DNA of 63,208 nucleotides, filler included, from Folioceros fuciformis (Eukaryota): the NCBI GenBank assembly GCA_049999805.1. It is 5 parts of 3 records of this genome, joined end to end, with 100 filler letters (N's around TTAATTAATTAA, not from the genome) between each part and the next. Parts side by side here need not be neighbours in the genome. Positions count along the whole stretch, not along the records: positions 1 to 21,252 come from JBNGIO010005845.1; 4 more parts are not named here. The stretch is one strand, 5' to 3'. The translations under genes were made by a program, and so were the position numbers. Under the pieces are notes generated by a model. The model did not search any database and was not told the origin of the DNA. It was given only the letters and a program-made list of their open reading frames with translations. This document shows, piece after piece, positions 1 through 12,099 of the stretch (position 1 is the first letter of the stretch; each line of letters begins with the position of its first letter).

Positions 1-162
1 CCCGCGGCTCCTCTAGTGGACGCGGCGCGGGAAGAGGGCCTGCTTGTGATATCTGCGGGTAAAGGGGATGTGGTGCGGATGGCTCCGCCGCTCACCATTT
101 CGGAGGTGGAGTTGGAGAAGGCTGTTTCCATTCTTGCCAAATGCTTGCCTTCCCTGGGTTGA
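1..162 (+). CDS. 3' end of acetylornithine aminotransferase (class-III PLP aminotransferase, ArgD/WIN1-like), partial
   Basis: Frame 1 reads PAAPLVDAAREEGLLVISAGKGDVVRMAPPLTISEVELEKAVSILAKCLPSLG*, the typical C-terminus of this enzyme; not in the ORF track. Confidence 0.8.
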   Translation, partial: PAAPLVDAAREEGLLVISAGKGDVVRMAPPLTISEVELEKAVSILAKCLPSLG

Positions 163-678
163 GAGCACCTGCGGTGTGAAGTAGACCTTGTGTATATATG
201 CCATAGAATGGAGAAATCTGTGGCTCGATTTGTCGAAAAACTGTTGTCGCCTTGCTTGCTGGATGACATGCTCAAGGCAGCCAGCGAAGCGAGCTAGCAC
301 CCGACGCACGATGCAATGCTTTGTTGTGCTTAAGCCACAACATGTCTAGCAGTATGTGGTCTGCGTTTCGTTGCAAAAATTCGACTCTAGTATGAGCTCC
401 TGCCCCAGCTCCTCGCGCGTGGGGTGCGGAAAGTAAAATGTCATTGTTGTATGCAAGGTATTTGTCTCCTCCGTGGAGGTTGGAACCTGCGGAGTATGCG
501 ACACAATAAGGCCTTTACTGGTTACTTTACCTTTCCTGCCAGAGCAAGCAGGACCTACTCTGCACACAAGTGTCAGGTGAAATACTTGGCAGCAGCAAGG
601 TGGACTTGTCGTACACCCTTGTCGTTCGTATGTTCTATGTTCAGAACCGACGCGTAATCATCCACAAAATCCTGGAAA

Positions 679-739
679 GATTGATAGTGAGTTTATCATG
701 AGGTGGAGAGATTGATAGTGAGTTTATCATGAGGTGGAG
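679..739. repeat. Tandem duplication, 2 x ~31 bp
   Basis: gattgatagtgagtttatcatgaggtggag(a) occurs twice in tandem. Confidence 0.9.
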
Positions 740-896
740 CTGTGTGGGAAAGCCTCTTTGGTAGGGACAGACTCAGGACAGTGTGCCATCCACTATGGGG
801 AATACATATAAGGGACAGACTCTTGACACACAAACTGATATCGTCCTAGTAGACGACAAATTCCCATAGAATTATGGAACACTAGAGGGACCCATC

Positions 897-960
897 CTAT
901 AGTGTTCTATAAACCCTAAACCCTAAATTTATAGTGTTCTATAAACCCTAAACTTTAAAT
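897..960. repeat. Duplicated unit containing plant telomere-like AAACCCT repeats
   Basis: tatagtgttctataaaccctaaa occurs twice; taaaccctaaaccctaaa. Confidence 0.7.
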
Positions 961-1060
961 TATAGGAAGAACGTGTATAAGTCCTTGTTCATCCTTGTCC
1001 TTGACCTAGTACTCTTTCATCTACAAGCACTTTCATCTACAAGCACGTCATTATCAAACC

Positions 1061-1150
1061 CCATTCATAAGTACTTTGTTATCTATAAGCAAGCCATTCA
1101 TAAGTACTTTGTTATCTATAAGCATGCCATTCATAAGTACTTTGTTATCT
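1061..1150. repeat. 33-bp minisatellite (~3 copies) within a degenerate repeat tract extending to ~1460
   Basis: ccattcataagtactttgttatctataagc repeated; recurring gtcat(c/t)atcaaccct motifs downstream. Confidence 0.85.
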
Positions 1151-2486
1151 GTACTTTGTTATCTATGAGCATGTCATTATCAACCCTCTTGGACTAGCAC
1201 CTAAAGGACCAAGTTTATAAGTACGTCATTATCAACCTCACATCATTATCAACCCTGTAGAGTAGATAACACATGGATGACCAAGTTCATAAGTTCTCTT
1301 TCATCAACGACCACGTCATCATCATCAAGCCTCAAGAGCATGTCATCATAACCCTCAATGAGTACGTCATCATCAACCCTCAACAAGCATGTCATCATCA
1401 ACCCTCAAGAGTGGGTGGCACTCCATCAAAAGTCCATAAATACTCTTTTCAAAACACACCCTCATAACCCCTCTCTAGCTCTAGATAGGGTGGTGATATA
1501 GGAATGATGCGCGAGAGGGACTAGCCCGCTAAGGTCATTTCGGTTTGCGGTTCTCCTATGTTATTCTTTTCTTCGGTAGATGCTGCAGATGGAATATCTT
1601 ATTTCTTTTGTTCAGTAAAATATATAATTATTTTATTTATAATAATAATTTTATTATAAATACATTAAACAGTATGTTTTATCTTATTTATATAGAAATC
1701 TCATCTTAAAAACAAATGAGGATATGTAGTTCTGTATTTCCGTGGTTCCATCTCAATTCACATAAATAAAATTAATCGATTATTAGTTCTACGTGCCTAA
1801 AGAGCATGTTCTAATATTCGGCCGCCAACGTTCAGGTCCTCGTCTCATGCCTGTTGCTGTATCTCATCCGAGCCTTTGCCGCACAGATTCCTACATGCTT
1901 TGCTGAAACTGGAGAAACCTGTGGCGTAGAAGTGCCAATGCGGTGGAGACCTTGGTTAGACTGGTGCATCCCACAGTGTACCCATTGGCCGTGCTTATGG
2001 CCGCCCTGGGCGCAGGCAGGTGCCAGAATTGCGACAGACGGAGGAATTTTGTCTAGGCTGGACAAGCGCAGAGGGAGGCGCCAACGTTTGCTCCGCTCAC
2101 TGACGAACAGCTTCGGGTGCCGGAGAGTACCGACCGACCAAAATCGAAGGTTTGTGTTTGCGGTGGCACGAGGATGGCCTCCTTCAGCCCTGAGGGAGGA
2201 GGATGTCTGAATCAAGTAAGCAAAAATTCTGAACTCGCGTTGGGTGGCGGACGAATTTGTCGTTTGCTTCTGCTGGTCCGGCATTCGGTGTCAGTCGTGT
2301 CGTCTGCACCTCCGTTTGGTCGTTTGCTGTAACTGATGTGAGGCGGGGAAGGAACGTACACCATCTCGCACTTTGACTCAAGCAGCTCTCCATGTGCTTG
2401 CAAGGATGTGAAGAGCGATGTGGAGTCGGGAGCCCGAACCCATATGCCCGTGAACCTCCACTCTGGCTCGTCAGCTGAATTTCTGG

Positions 2487-5400
2487 ATGCAAACTCCGCG
2501 AATGCGATGCATGTATGCCATGATTGTTGGGCGCGTTGCGTGTCATTGGCAGTCAGGCCCAAGACAACTCTGTATGACCAGAGGTATCCTAGGAAGTGCT
2601 GCCGCTCGGCTGAGTCCAAGGTGCCGCCTGATGGCCGACCGGGACGGTTCCAGGGGAGGAAGAAAGGGACGAGAACCTTCCAGCCACGGGAAACTCTTGT
2701 GGGGACAGTCTGTTCCGGACCAGGCACTCTGGTGGGACAGTAGGTCCCGTGCCGCCGACTGTGGGAAAAGGGCAAAGAGGAGGTCGAATGGAATTGAACC
2801 TCGCAGAACTGCAGGATACTTGACGGGGGCCACGGCTGAAATCGTGGACAAACTGTGTCGGGAAGGTGAGCTCAGTGAGGCCGTGAACGCTCTAGGTATC
2901 CTGGTAGACGCCGCCTTTCCTGTTTCCAGGTCCTTGTTCTACACTTTGCTCAAAACCTGCGGTGTTAAGAAGCATATAGCTCTGGGGCGCCGTGTTCATG
3001 CTCTGACCCTGAAAGCGGGGTATGTGTCGGACACGTTCCTGAGCAACCATATCCTGCGCATGTATGCTTCTCATGGACGGTTGCAGGAAGCGAGGGATGT
3101 GTTCACCATGGTTGTCCAGCCAGATGCCTTTATGTGGTCCTCTATTATCTCTGCGCATGTTCAACAGGGACAAGTCAAGGAGGGTGTACAGCTGTATCAT
3201 GATATGCGCAGGTCAAGTGTGAAGCCAGATGGGCATGTGTTCGTGGCAGCTCTACAGGCTTGTGCAAGAAGTGCAGATTTGGCATCGGGGCAGCAGGTGC
3301 ATGCTGATTTATTGGCGGGCGGCGGTCAGCCTCATTTATTTGTGTATAATTGCTTGGTAGATATGTATGCAAAGTGTGGCANNNNNNNNNNNNNNNNNNN
3401 NNNNNNNNNNNNNNNNNNNNNNNNNNNNNNNNNNNNNNNNNNNNNNNNNNNNNNNNNNNNNNNNNNNNNNNNNNNNNNNNNTTTATTTGTGTATAATTGC
3501 TTGGTAGATATGTATGCAAAGTGTGGCAGCTTGGCAGACGCTCAGAGGGTGTTTGACTTACTTCTTCGCAAAGATGTGGTGACGTGGAATGCCATGATGG
3601 GAGGATATTTCCAGCAAGGCAAGAATCAGGAGGCTCTTCGTTTGTACAGTTCTATGCGAGAAGAAGGGGTGACGTCACCTGATTCTGTAACATTTTGTTG
3701 CGTGCTGCAGGCATGTTCAAGTGTCGGTATCCCTGCTTTGGCAAAGGGGAAGCTGCTTCATGCCCAGATTGAAGAAGGAGGCCTTCAGTATGATGTGGTT
3801 GTAGGGAACAATTTGATAAACATGTATGTGAAGTGTGGCAGCATTGAAACGGCCCAGAACGTGTTCGACAGTCTTCCATTGAAGGATGTGGTGACATGGA
3901 CTGCTTTGATAGCAGGGTACTCCCAGCTAGGCATGGGTCAGGAAGCTCTTCGTCTTTTCCGTGCAATGGAACAAGGGGGCGCAGTTGCACCCAATTCTGT
4001 GACATTTGTGTGCCTCCTTCAGGCATGCGCAAGTGTTGGTGCTGAGGCCATGGAGACGGGAAAGCAGCTTCATGCACAGATGGAAGATGAAGGCCTCCAA
4101 TTGGATGTAACTGTAGGCAATAGTCTGATAAATATGTATGTGAAGTGCGGCATCCTGGAGAATGCCCAGAGCTTGTTTGATGGACTTCGTGACAAAGATG
4201 TGGTGACCTGGAGTGCTCTAATAGCAGGATATTGTCAGCATGGCAGAGTCGAGGAAGCTCTTTGTCTCTACAGTGCCATGCGAGAGGAAGGCATCTGTCC
4301 ACCCAATTCCGTAACATTTGTGTGCCTCGTACAGGCATGTGCAAGTGTGGGTATTGTGGCTTTGGAGAAGGGCATGCAGCTCCACGCTCAGGTTGAACAG
4401 CTTGGCCTTCAATCTGATGTGGTTGTTGCCAACAGTTTGATTAACATGTATGCAAAGTGCGGGAGCCTACAACATGCTCAGAGCATTTTCGATAAACTTC
4501 TGCAAAAGGATGTGATGTCGTGGACAGCTTTGATAGCAGGGTACACACAGCAGTGCATGGCTCAGAAAGCCCTTTGTCTTTACGTTGCCATGCAGCAAGA
4601 AGGTATGGCTCAACTAAATACTGTCACATTTGTTTGCCTCCTGCACGCATGTGCCAGTGTGGGTATCACAGCTCTGGACACTGGGAAGCAGCTACATGCT
4701 CAAATTGTACAACAAGGTCTTCAAGCTGATGTGGTTGTGGGCAATAGCTTGATAAACATGTATTCAAAGTGTGGCAGCCTACATCATGCGAGGAACGTGT
4801 TTGACAACCTCTCCCAGAAGGATGTGGTTACGTGGACTTCTCTCATAGCAGGTTATTCCCAGCGGGGCATGGGTTACGAAGCCCTTCATCTGTACAGCGC
4901 CATGCAAGACGAAGGCATTGCCCCTCCGGATGTTGTGACATTTGTGTGCCTCTTGCAAGCATGTGGAATTGTGGGTCCCCTGGCGTTGGAGAAGGGGCAG
5001 CAGCTCCATGCACATATTAAAGAGCTTGGTCTTCAGTGCAACTGTTTTGTAGCCAACAGTTTGGTCAACATGTATGCGAATTGTGGCAGCCTAGAGGAAG
5101 CCCGAAGCGTGTTTGAGGGTCTTGGCCAGAAAGATGTGGTGACCTGGACCACTCTGATAGCTAGATATTCCCAGCAGGGCAGGGATCTGGAAGCCTTTCA
5201 GCTTTACTATGCAATGCAGCAGGAAGGCATGAACGCCCCAAATGCTGTGACATTTGAGTGCCTGTTGCAGGCATGTGTAAATGTTGGGACGCCAGCTTTG
5301 GAGACGGGAAAGGAGCTTCATGCACAAATTCAAAAACAAGGCCTTGGAGCTGATTTGACTTTATGCAATCGGCTGATAAAAATGTATGCAAAGTGTGGCA

Positions 5401-6731
5401 GCCTGGGAGATGCCCAGGGTGTGTTTGACGGACTTCCCACGAAAAATTTGGTGACCTGGACAGCTCTGATTGCAGGCTACTTTCAGCAGGGCAGGGGTCA
5501 GGAGGCCCTTCATCTCCATAGTGCTATGCGAGACGATGGTATTCCTCCAACCAGTGCACTAACAATGGTGTGCACCCTGCAGGCATGTGCAACTGTGGGT
5601 ATCACTGCCTTGGAAACTGGAAAGCAACTTCATGCTGAGATTGCTGCCCAAGGCCTTGCATCTGATTTACTCGTAGCCAACTGTTTGATAAACATGTATG
5701 CCAAGTGTGGAGGCATACAGCACGCCCATAGCCTGTTGAACAGCCTTCCTCACAAAGATGTGGTGTCATGGACCACTCTGATAGCAGGATATTCTCAGCA
5801 GGGCATGGTTCAGCAAGCCCTTGATGTGTACAATGCCATGCGACAAGAAGGTATCACCACACCCGATTCTGTGACATTTGTGTGTCTCTTGCAAGCATGT
5901 GGGGATGTGGCAGCCTTGCATGTAGGAAGGCAGATTCATGCAGAAATTTATGAGCGAGGGCTTCAAGCTGATTTCGTTGTAGCCGTCAGTTTGATCGACA
6001 TGTATTCGAAGTCTGGAAGTACGGTTGAAGCACAGAAGGTCTTTGATGGATTGCCTGAAAGAGGCATAGTGGCCTGGAATGCGCTGATTGGAGGGTACTG
6101 CCGTGAAGGCAATAGCAAGCTGGTGTTTGCCTTGGCTAGCAGGATGATAGACGATGGTATACATCCAGACGGCATTACTTTTCTAAGCCTACTGGCAGTT
6201 TGCAGTCACGCAGGCTTAGTGAGCAAGGGACGAGAATACTTTTACGCTATGAGCCGATACCATGGCATCACTCCCACTGCGGAGCACTACTCATGCATAG
6301 TAGATCTCCTAGGCCGTGCTGGTCAACTTGATGAGGCACTAGCTGTTGTCAGGACAATGACTGAACAGCCTCACATTGCTGTCTGGCGCACTCTACTGGG
6401 TGCTTGTCAAAAGTGGAGCGCCGTAGAGACTGCGCGTCATGCTTTTAGCGAAGCAGTGAAGCTGAACCCACAAGATGCAGCAGCGTATGTACTGATGTCT
6501 AACATATATACAGGTGCCCACATGCAGGAGGAAGCCGAGGAAATGCAGGCAAGGAGACTGGAAATCGGGGCATGGAAGAAACCGGGACAGAGCTGGTGGA
6601 CTGACCCGGACGGTCTTGTGCACAGCTTTGTGGTCGCAGATATACAGCATCCTGACGGGGAAGTGCTTTCTGCTATGTCACACTCGTTTGAATTCAAGGT
6701 CCAGGATAACGCCACTAGTTTGACCTTCTGA
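2487..6731 (+). CDS. Intronless PLS-class PPR protein: ~33 PPR motifs, E1/E2, WW-type PG box truncated before the deaminase core (E+-like); degenerate N-terminal PDF motif
   Basis: 10 PLS triplets plus P2L2S2; ends KKPGQSWWTDPDGLVHSFVVADIQHPD with no HxE/CxxC; true start may be a downstream ATG; the N gap is flanked by a 47-bp false duplication. Confidence 0.93.
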   Translation: MQTPRMRCMYAMIVGRVACHWQSGPRQLCMTRGILGSAAARLSPRCRLMADRDGSRGGRKGREPSSHGKLLWGQSVPDQALWWDSRSRAADCGKRAKRRSNGIEPRRTAGYLTGATAEIVDKLCREGELSEAVNALGILVDAAFPVSRSLFYTLLKTCGVKKHIALGRRVHALTLKAGYVSDTFLSNHILRMYASHGRLQEARDVFTMVVQPDAFMWSSIISAHVQQGQVKEGVQLYHDMRRSSVKPDGHVFVAALQACARSADLASGQQVHADLLAGGGQPHLFVYNCLVDMYAKCGXXXXXXXXXXXXXXXXXXXXXXXXXXXXXXXXXXLFVYNCLVDMYAKCGSLADAQRVFDLLLRKDVVTWNAMMGGYFQQGKNQEALRLYSSMREEGVTSPDSVTFCCVLQACSSVGIPALAKGKLLHAQIEEGGLQYDVVVGNNLINMYVKCGSIETAQNVFDSLPLKDVVTWTALIAGYSQLGMGQEALRLFRAMEQGGAVAPNSVTFVCLLQACASVGAEAMETGKQLHAQMEDEGLQLDVTVGNSLINMYVKCGILENAQSLFDGLRDKDVVTWSALIAGYCQHGRVEEALCLYSAMREEGICPPNSVTFVCLVQACASVGIVALEKGMQLHAQVEQLGLQSDVVVANSLINMYAKCGSLQHAQSIFDKLLQKDVMSWTALIAGYTQQCMAQKALCLYVAMQQEGMAQLNTVTFVCLLHACASVGITALDTGKQLHAQIVQQGLQADVVVGNSLINMYSKCGSLHHARNVFDNLSQKDVVTWTSLIAGYSQRGMGYEALHLYSAMQDEGIAPPDVVTFVCLLQACGIVGPLALEKGQQLHAHIKELGLQCNCFVANSLVNMYANCGSLEEARSVFEGLGQKDVVTWTTLIARYSQQGRDLEAFQLYYAMQQEGMNAPNAVTFECLLQACVNVGTPALETGKELHAQIQKQGLGADLTLCNRLIKMYAKCGSLGDAQGVFDGLPTKNLVTWTALIAGYFQQGRGQEALHLHSAMRDDGIPPTSALTMVCTLQACATVGITALETGKQLHAEIAAQGLASDLLVANCLINMYAKCGGIQHAHSLLNSLPHKDVVSWTTLIAGYSQQGMVQQALDVYNAMRQEGITTPDSVTFVCLLQACGDVAALHVGRQIHAEIYERGLQADFVVAVSLIDMYSKSGSTVEAQKVFDGLPERGIVAWNALIGGYCREGNSKLVFALASRMIDDGIHPDGITFLSLLAVCSHAGLVSKGREYFYAMSRYHGITPTAEHYSCIVDLLGRAGQLDEALAVVRTMTEQPHIAVWRTLLGACQKWSAVETARHAFSEAVKLNPQDAAAYVLMSNIYTGAHMQEEAEEMQARRLEIGAWKKPGQSWWTDPDGLVHSFVVADIQHPDGEVLSAMSHSFEFKVQDNATSLTF

Positions 6732-7005
6732 CTCTGGTCAAGCAAACATTTAGGTCTTCATGTACGCTACACGTAGCAATTGTGGAGAGATACGCCAGGG
6801 TTGTTTCGCGATCTTAGCCTAACGAATATTAGCCACGGTCGTCACATCCTTGAAACTTGAAATTTCTGTCGTTGATAAATCTCAGACCAAATTTATCTCC
6901 GCTCTTCTCAGCGTGTCCCGTTTCTCTTCCAATAATTGAAGTCATTCCGAAATTCTTAGTATATCTTAGATCCAAAATAAGATGTTACATAACAGCTTAT
7001 CATGT

Positions 7006-7086
7006 CGTGGTCGGCAGGATTCGAACCTGCGCGGGCGAACCCACATGATTTCTAGTCATGCCCGATAACCACTCCGGCACGACCAC
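7006..7086 (-). tRNA. tRNA-Ser(AGA)
   Basis: Reverse complement GTGGTCG...CATGA-CTAGAAA-TCATG, long variable arm, GGTTCGAATCC, acceptor stem pairs with CGACCAC; TTTT terminator ~30 nt downstream. Confidence 0.96.
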
Positions 7087-8952
7087 AACTATGCTCAACT
7101 GCTTTTTTTATAAATAAATATATCTAATAAATCTAATTAGAAGACGCACCAGAAGCTTTCGTAAACCTAAACTCGAGTGTGTAGGGTGGGCAGCTCGGAG
7201 GAGGCTGGAAGGAAGATGGTCAACGGTGTTGGTGACAACCAGCTGATCAACGCAGAGAGACTCCGTGACGGAAGACAGCGTCATGGGATCCACGTCCTCT
7301 TCTCCCCCATTTCGTGTGAAACTGGTGTACCTGATGTACGGACTTCAGGCATCACTCGGCGGCGAAGACGTTCTTGGTACAATGCCCTGGTGTGACTGGT
7401 GCATGACCACCGAGGTCAAGATATGATTATTCCAGTGCAATTTTCAACCAGGACTTGGAGCCCGGCACCAAAGCTCGTCAACACTAATATACGCAGATAC
7501 ATATGGACCCAGTAGGGCAATGCGAGAACACGACACGGACCCACCCCCAATCGGGGAACACCACCCGTGGGCAACCCACCCTGGAAAAGCAGCTCGGTAC
7601 ACATAATAAAGGAGGACGTGCGTGCATCCAGGCGGGGCAAAAACAATCATCTCGCACGCGTAGTGCACAAGAATGGAATGGAACTCGGCTTGTTGTAGCT
7701 TCACAGGACTCAACACATTTGTATGAAATATGTGGCAGCACGCGCATAGCACACGTTATCCGAAGTACCTACAGTCACCGTATCCTGTTCCGGTGGCTGA
7801 TAAGAGTCAATGACTTGGCTGAGTCTGGACATTGCATTGCATTGCATTGAATTCAATTGCGCCACGATGTCTGCACTTTCTGCCTCGTTCCATCACAACT
7901 CCGTAATGGCGTGAAGATCGTAAATGGGACTTCAATTATCGTGAAGTGCCCTGGTGGGTGTATTTAATTTCTACATGGCGGAAGAGAAACGGGACACGCT
8001 GAGAAGAGCGGAGATCACTCTGCCAGAGTCCCACAGATGGGTTGTCGGCAGAAGGGATTGGATGAAGCTCTGTCACTGACGACAACGAAACTAGTTGTGG
8101 CAGAGGTACAGACGAATCCACCTGCTGCTTTACCACCCACCGCCCATGGAGGAGGCCTCTGCATCTGCCTCTGCCTCTGCATACAGGGAGTGGCCAGCAT
8201 CGGCCAGTCGGTGACAGAGACGCCTCGTGCCTAGCCTGCATACTGTTAAGTGAAATCTCACGGCAACAACATCAAGAAAGAACGACAAGCAATGAGAGAA
8301 GAAAGGTACGAAGAAGCGGGAAAAAAAAAGATCAAACCAAGCTCAAGCGGGAGGAAAAGCAAAAGCTGATAAGGTTACCCGAGAGGCTAAAGCAGCATCG
8401 GGTGGTAGGTGGTGGAGCCACAGCTCAATGCCAGGAGCTTTGCTTGGACTGGCATACAATGGAAATGCCGGTCCATATCATACACCTAACTGAAATAAAA
8501 AGAACAAATTGCAGGACGTTCTTGGCGCCTCATCATTGTTCGGGACTCACGTACAATAACTTCTCACAGGCTAAGCTAGCTGGCAAAGTTCCGAGGTCTA
8601 CGTCCAGAGGACTCCTGGAACGACATGTAGCAGCTGCCTGCAAAGGTTCCGTACAGACAGGTACCACCTTGATGGACGATCAGGAACCCCTGGGACCGAT
8701 GGGCGCTGCCGCATCGAACACGCTTCCTTGAGGGCTTGAGCGATGCCACCGAGACATCCAAGAATACCGCTTGTAGTCTAAGCAAGGTTATTACTAGAGA
8801 ATAGGTAGTGTCTAAGATAATAACATGGTGACCCTCCAGAATAAGGGGTCATGGCCACCTCTATAGTGTAGTGGTGAATAGATAAGCATCAGTGTTTGAG
8901 CTGAGTGAGCTCGTACATGTTGTTCACCCTCCCGTGTCTTGTAAAATATATC

Positions 8953-9039
8953 CTCTCCATATATTTCTAACATTCTGTGCTTGACACAGTTCGGCCTCTC
9001 CATATATTTCTAACATTCTGTACTTGACACAGTTCGGCC
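8953..9039. repeat. Tandem duplication, 2 x ~42 bp
   Basis: ctctccatatatttctaacattctgt(g/a)cttgacacagttcggcc occurs twice. Confidence 0.9.
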
Positions 9040-9508
9040 ATGGAGTCTCGGAGGAGGGATTCCCGTCCAAACTTGGGCCCCGACAGTCGTATCCAGGGAG
9101 GGGATTACCCAGACGGGTTGTAGGTTCAGGTTTAATGCGGATGGATGCTACCCCCAATAGGTACTGTATTCCAGTTCGGATGTCAGGCATTTTCAAGGCG
9201 GGGTATCCCTGCAGCCCTACAGGGTCCCCAAGTCTTGGGGAAAGATGCATGACAGCAAGATTCGTCACGCCACCCACGCGAGCACTTAAAATTACACCGG
9301 CGCCCACGCGATTATAAAATAGATATCGAAAGTTGCAGATGGCGCCCGTCCTGGACGCGGCCCACCTCCGCGCTGATCCACCAAGACCCCCACGAGCTAA
9401 GACCAGGATGCCAGGCCTGCAGCACTTACGGAGCTTTGGGCACCTGGTTTGCACCGCGCGAAGGCTCGGCGAGCTCAGAGTGCAAGCTAGCTGGTACCGG
9501 CCGTGGCC

Positions 9509-11604
9509 ATGGCGTCTCTGAAACCGCAAATCGTCGCTGTTTTGTCCGCAATTCTGTTGCTGGGGTCCGTTGTTGCTCCTGTTGCTGGAAGATCTGTCCA
9601 CGGGCGGTCAAGGTACCGCTGTGAGGCCAGAAGCGAGGCCAAGGCCAGCTTGCAAGCTCCTCCCCCAGGGATAACCGTGGTAGCCGAGGATTACGGCTAC
9701 CACGTCGTCTCAACCAACATCTCTGGGCTGCCCCCATTTCTCACAGGCGGCGACCCCATTGTGGATCGCGGCACAATCTTCCTGCCGGAACACGGTGTTG
9801 ATCCGGAAGCATACGCTCCCTACGCTATCGGTACAAAGCTGTAATCCATCTGACAGTGACTGGTCTATGCATGATGCACGCCATCGCGGCTGTGATCTGC
9901 GATTCAACTTCTTCGATTGTGTGCAATGTTGCAGGGTCGGCTGGCAGGGGACGATACAGCGTCGTCTTGAACGAGGCGAACGTGAAATTGGTGGCGCAAG
10001 CCATCTTCCACAAATTGGATATCGTGGATTGGGCTGTGGTCGCCCACGGGGAAGACGCGGGAGCCCTGGGTGCCGAGCTGGTGGGTTCGCTGCCCGCCCA
10101 ATTCACAGCACTGGCATTGTTGGGCTCTACGTTGCCGGACGATGTGGATCTCGTCAATTCCACTGGAGGAGTGTACGTCTACCTGGGCAGCCAGGACACG
10201 GTTGTGCCGCCTTCCTCGCTCGCCAAGTTCGCATCTCGGGTTCCTGGTAAAGTTCCTCAATTCGAATCGGAAACTTTCTTCATACTCTGTCCGAATCAAG
10301 GAGTGCACGAGAAAATGTGATGCGGAATCCCCTTCAATGGCAGCCAAATATGACGAACCCATCCTAGACTTCGCAATTCCTTGACAGTGTACAACCATGT
10401 GCAGGTGATGCCTACATTGCGAGCTTTTTGAACACCACGCACTATGGCTTCGGCTACAGCGATTGCCTAGGCAACACACCCACGCCGACAAGACAAGTCC
10501 CAGGCGGCGACAACTTCACGGCAACTGTGGCAGCCCTGAGCGTGGCAGATCAGATATTTGATGACTCGTTGAATGCCGTGCTCAGGTTTCAGGCATGGCC
10601 GCCCATCACGCCCCGAGCTCTGTCCTTCGGGAACCAGGCGCTGCTGCTCCCTAACAATCTCGGGTCTAAGCCCTACCCTGCCGGAATCCCCAGGAATCAG
10701 GTCACCTTCCAGCGGTACCCTGCCCCAGACGTCGCCCCGGCTCCTCCTGTAAGTCTCCTCTCCTCAGAAACCCAGTCCATGAGGCTCGTCCCGTTTCACT
10801 GATCAGAGTCCTCGCAGTCGAACGTTCTTTCTCATGGGCTTTGGGACTGGACTTGGCCTCGTTATTGGCATTTGCAGAGATCCTGGTACGTGTTTTCCCC
10901 GGGGAAAATCAAGGATGGTGTAGGCTTGTTCTATTTCCCAGGAGCGGGAATCTCTATCAAGAACTACTTCCCCCTTGCGTTCGAAATAGCCGCGCGAGGA
11001 TACCTTGTCGTCCTGTTGGAACAACCTTCCCGCTCCACCACGCAAGCCGTCGACCTGACCCAAATCGTGTCGGACGGCAACAATGTGATCAGCAGCCCTA
11101 TTTTCAAGGGTACGTATACTTCTTACCGCCGGACCGTGCATGTGCGCTTGAGAGAAATGAACCTGCTCTCCTCGGCAATCTCGGCCAGGACTACTCACAA
11201 GGCGGCTGGAACCTGCAGGCCTCGGGGTGGAGAAATGGGCGGTGGGCGCTCATTCCAGAGGAGGTGCAGCTGCCACTAACTTCGTGGCCCTGCAGAATGG
11301 GACGGACAACCACAAAGTGCAGGCGCTGGTGCTTCACGCTGGAACCGTTGCTGTGAACCTTACCTCTTCCCGAGTTCCGGCTGTGCTCATTTTCGGCACA
11401 CTTGACGCTTTTTTCCTGGGCCAGGGCCCAGAAGTGCCCCCTTTGCTCAACAATGCGACCACCGAAGTTCATGTAGTGGAAGGCGCTAATCACGAACAAA
11501 CCGCCGACTACGAGGGTAGCATAGTGGGAACTATATCTTCCCAAGAGCAACAAGCCACCTTCGCTCAATTCACGGCAGACTTTCTCAGCAAGCATTTATC
11601 GTGA
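9509..11604 (+). CDS. Secreted protein with two tandem alpha/beta-hydrolase (Abhydrolase_5-like) domains; ~5 exons (approx. 9509-9831, 9935-10246, 10405-10748, 10879-11110, 11219-11604)
   Basis: Signal peptide MASLKPQIVAVLSAILLLGSVVA; domain 2 has GLFYFPGAG, AHSRGG, GTLD and EGANH; domain 1 has GTIFLPEHGVDPEAYAP, GSQD and THYGFGY; GT-AG introns join the ORF fragments. Confidence 0.75.
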
Positions 11605-12099
11605 CCTCGTCGTTGATAGAACGGCGTCATTAATCCTCATCGATTTTTTTTCGAAATCTAACTGTATGCTTCATTGAAATTATTTTTTCGGAAAATCCAG
11701 CGAAATAATCGCGCTGCCGGATATTAGGCAAGGCGACAAGTGCATTGGTCTTTTGGCCATAGATCTATGGCAATGGGGTCCCTAGGGGGTTGGGCTCCAT
11801 AGCCCCCCTTTAGGAGTTGCGCGTCATTGTCATCAAAGAGGCCTACATTTTTTTGGGTCCTACACTTTGTAGGCTTTTGTCACATGTTGAGGTTAGCAAT
11901 TTTTCCCTACAAGTGTCATGGAGCATATGAAAAATTCCCTATCTTGGAAGGTTAGCATTGTATTACCTTCTTCCTTCTTCCATCTCATTTCCCAAAGTCG
12001 ACTCAATGGGCTCCTAGCATCCATGTTGTGATAAATAGTTCGCAAGCGCAGATAGCACTCCTCCTACATCGCTCCATCCCTACTAAGGCCTTGGGGCTA

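Noticed and set aside
1832-2400. Overlapping ORFs upstream of the first PPR gene
   Set aside because: No supportable domain or splice model
3335-3528. Apparent 47-bp direct repeat and unknown insert in the PPR gene
   Set aside because: Identical sequence on both sides of an N gap indicates an unmerged contig overlap; collapsing it gives one normal S motif
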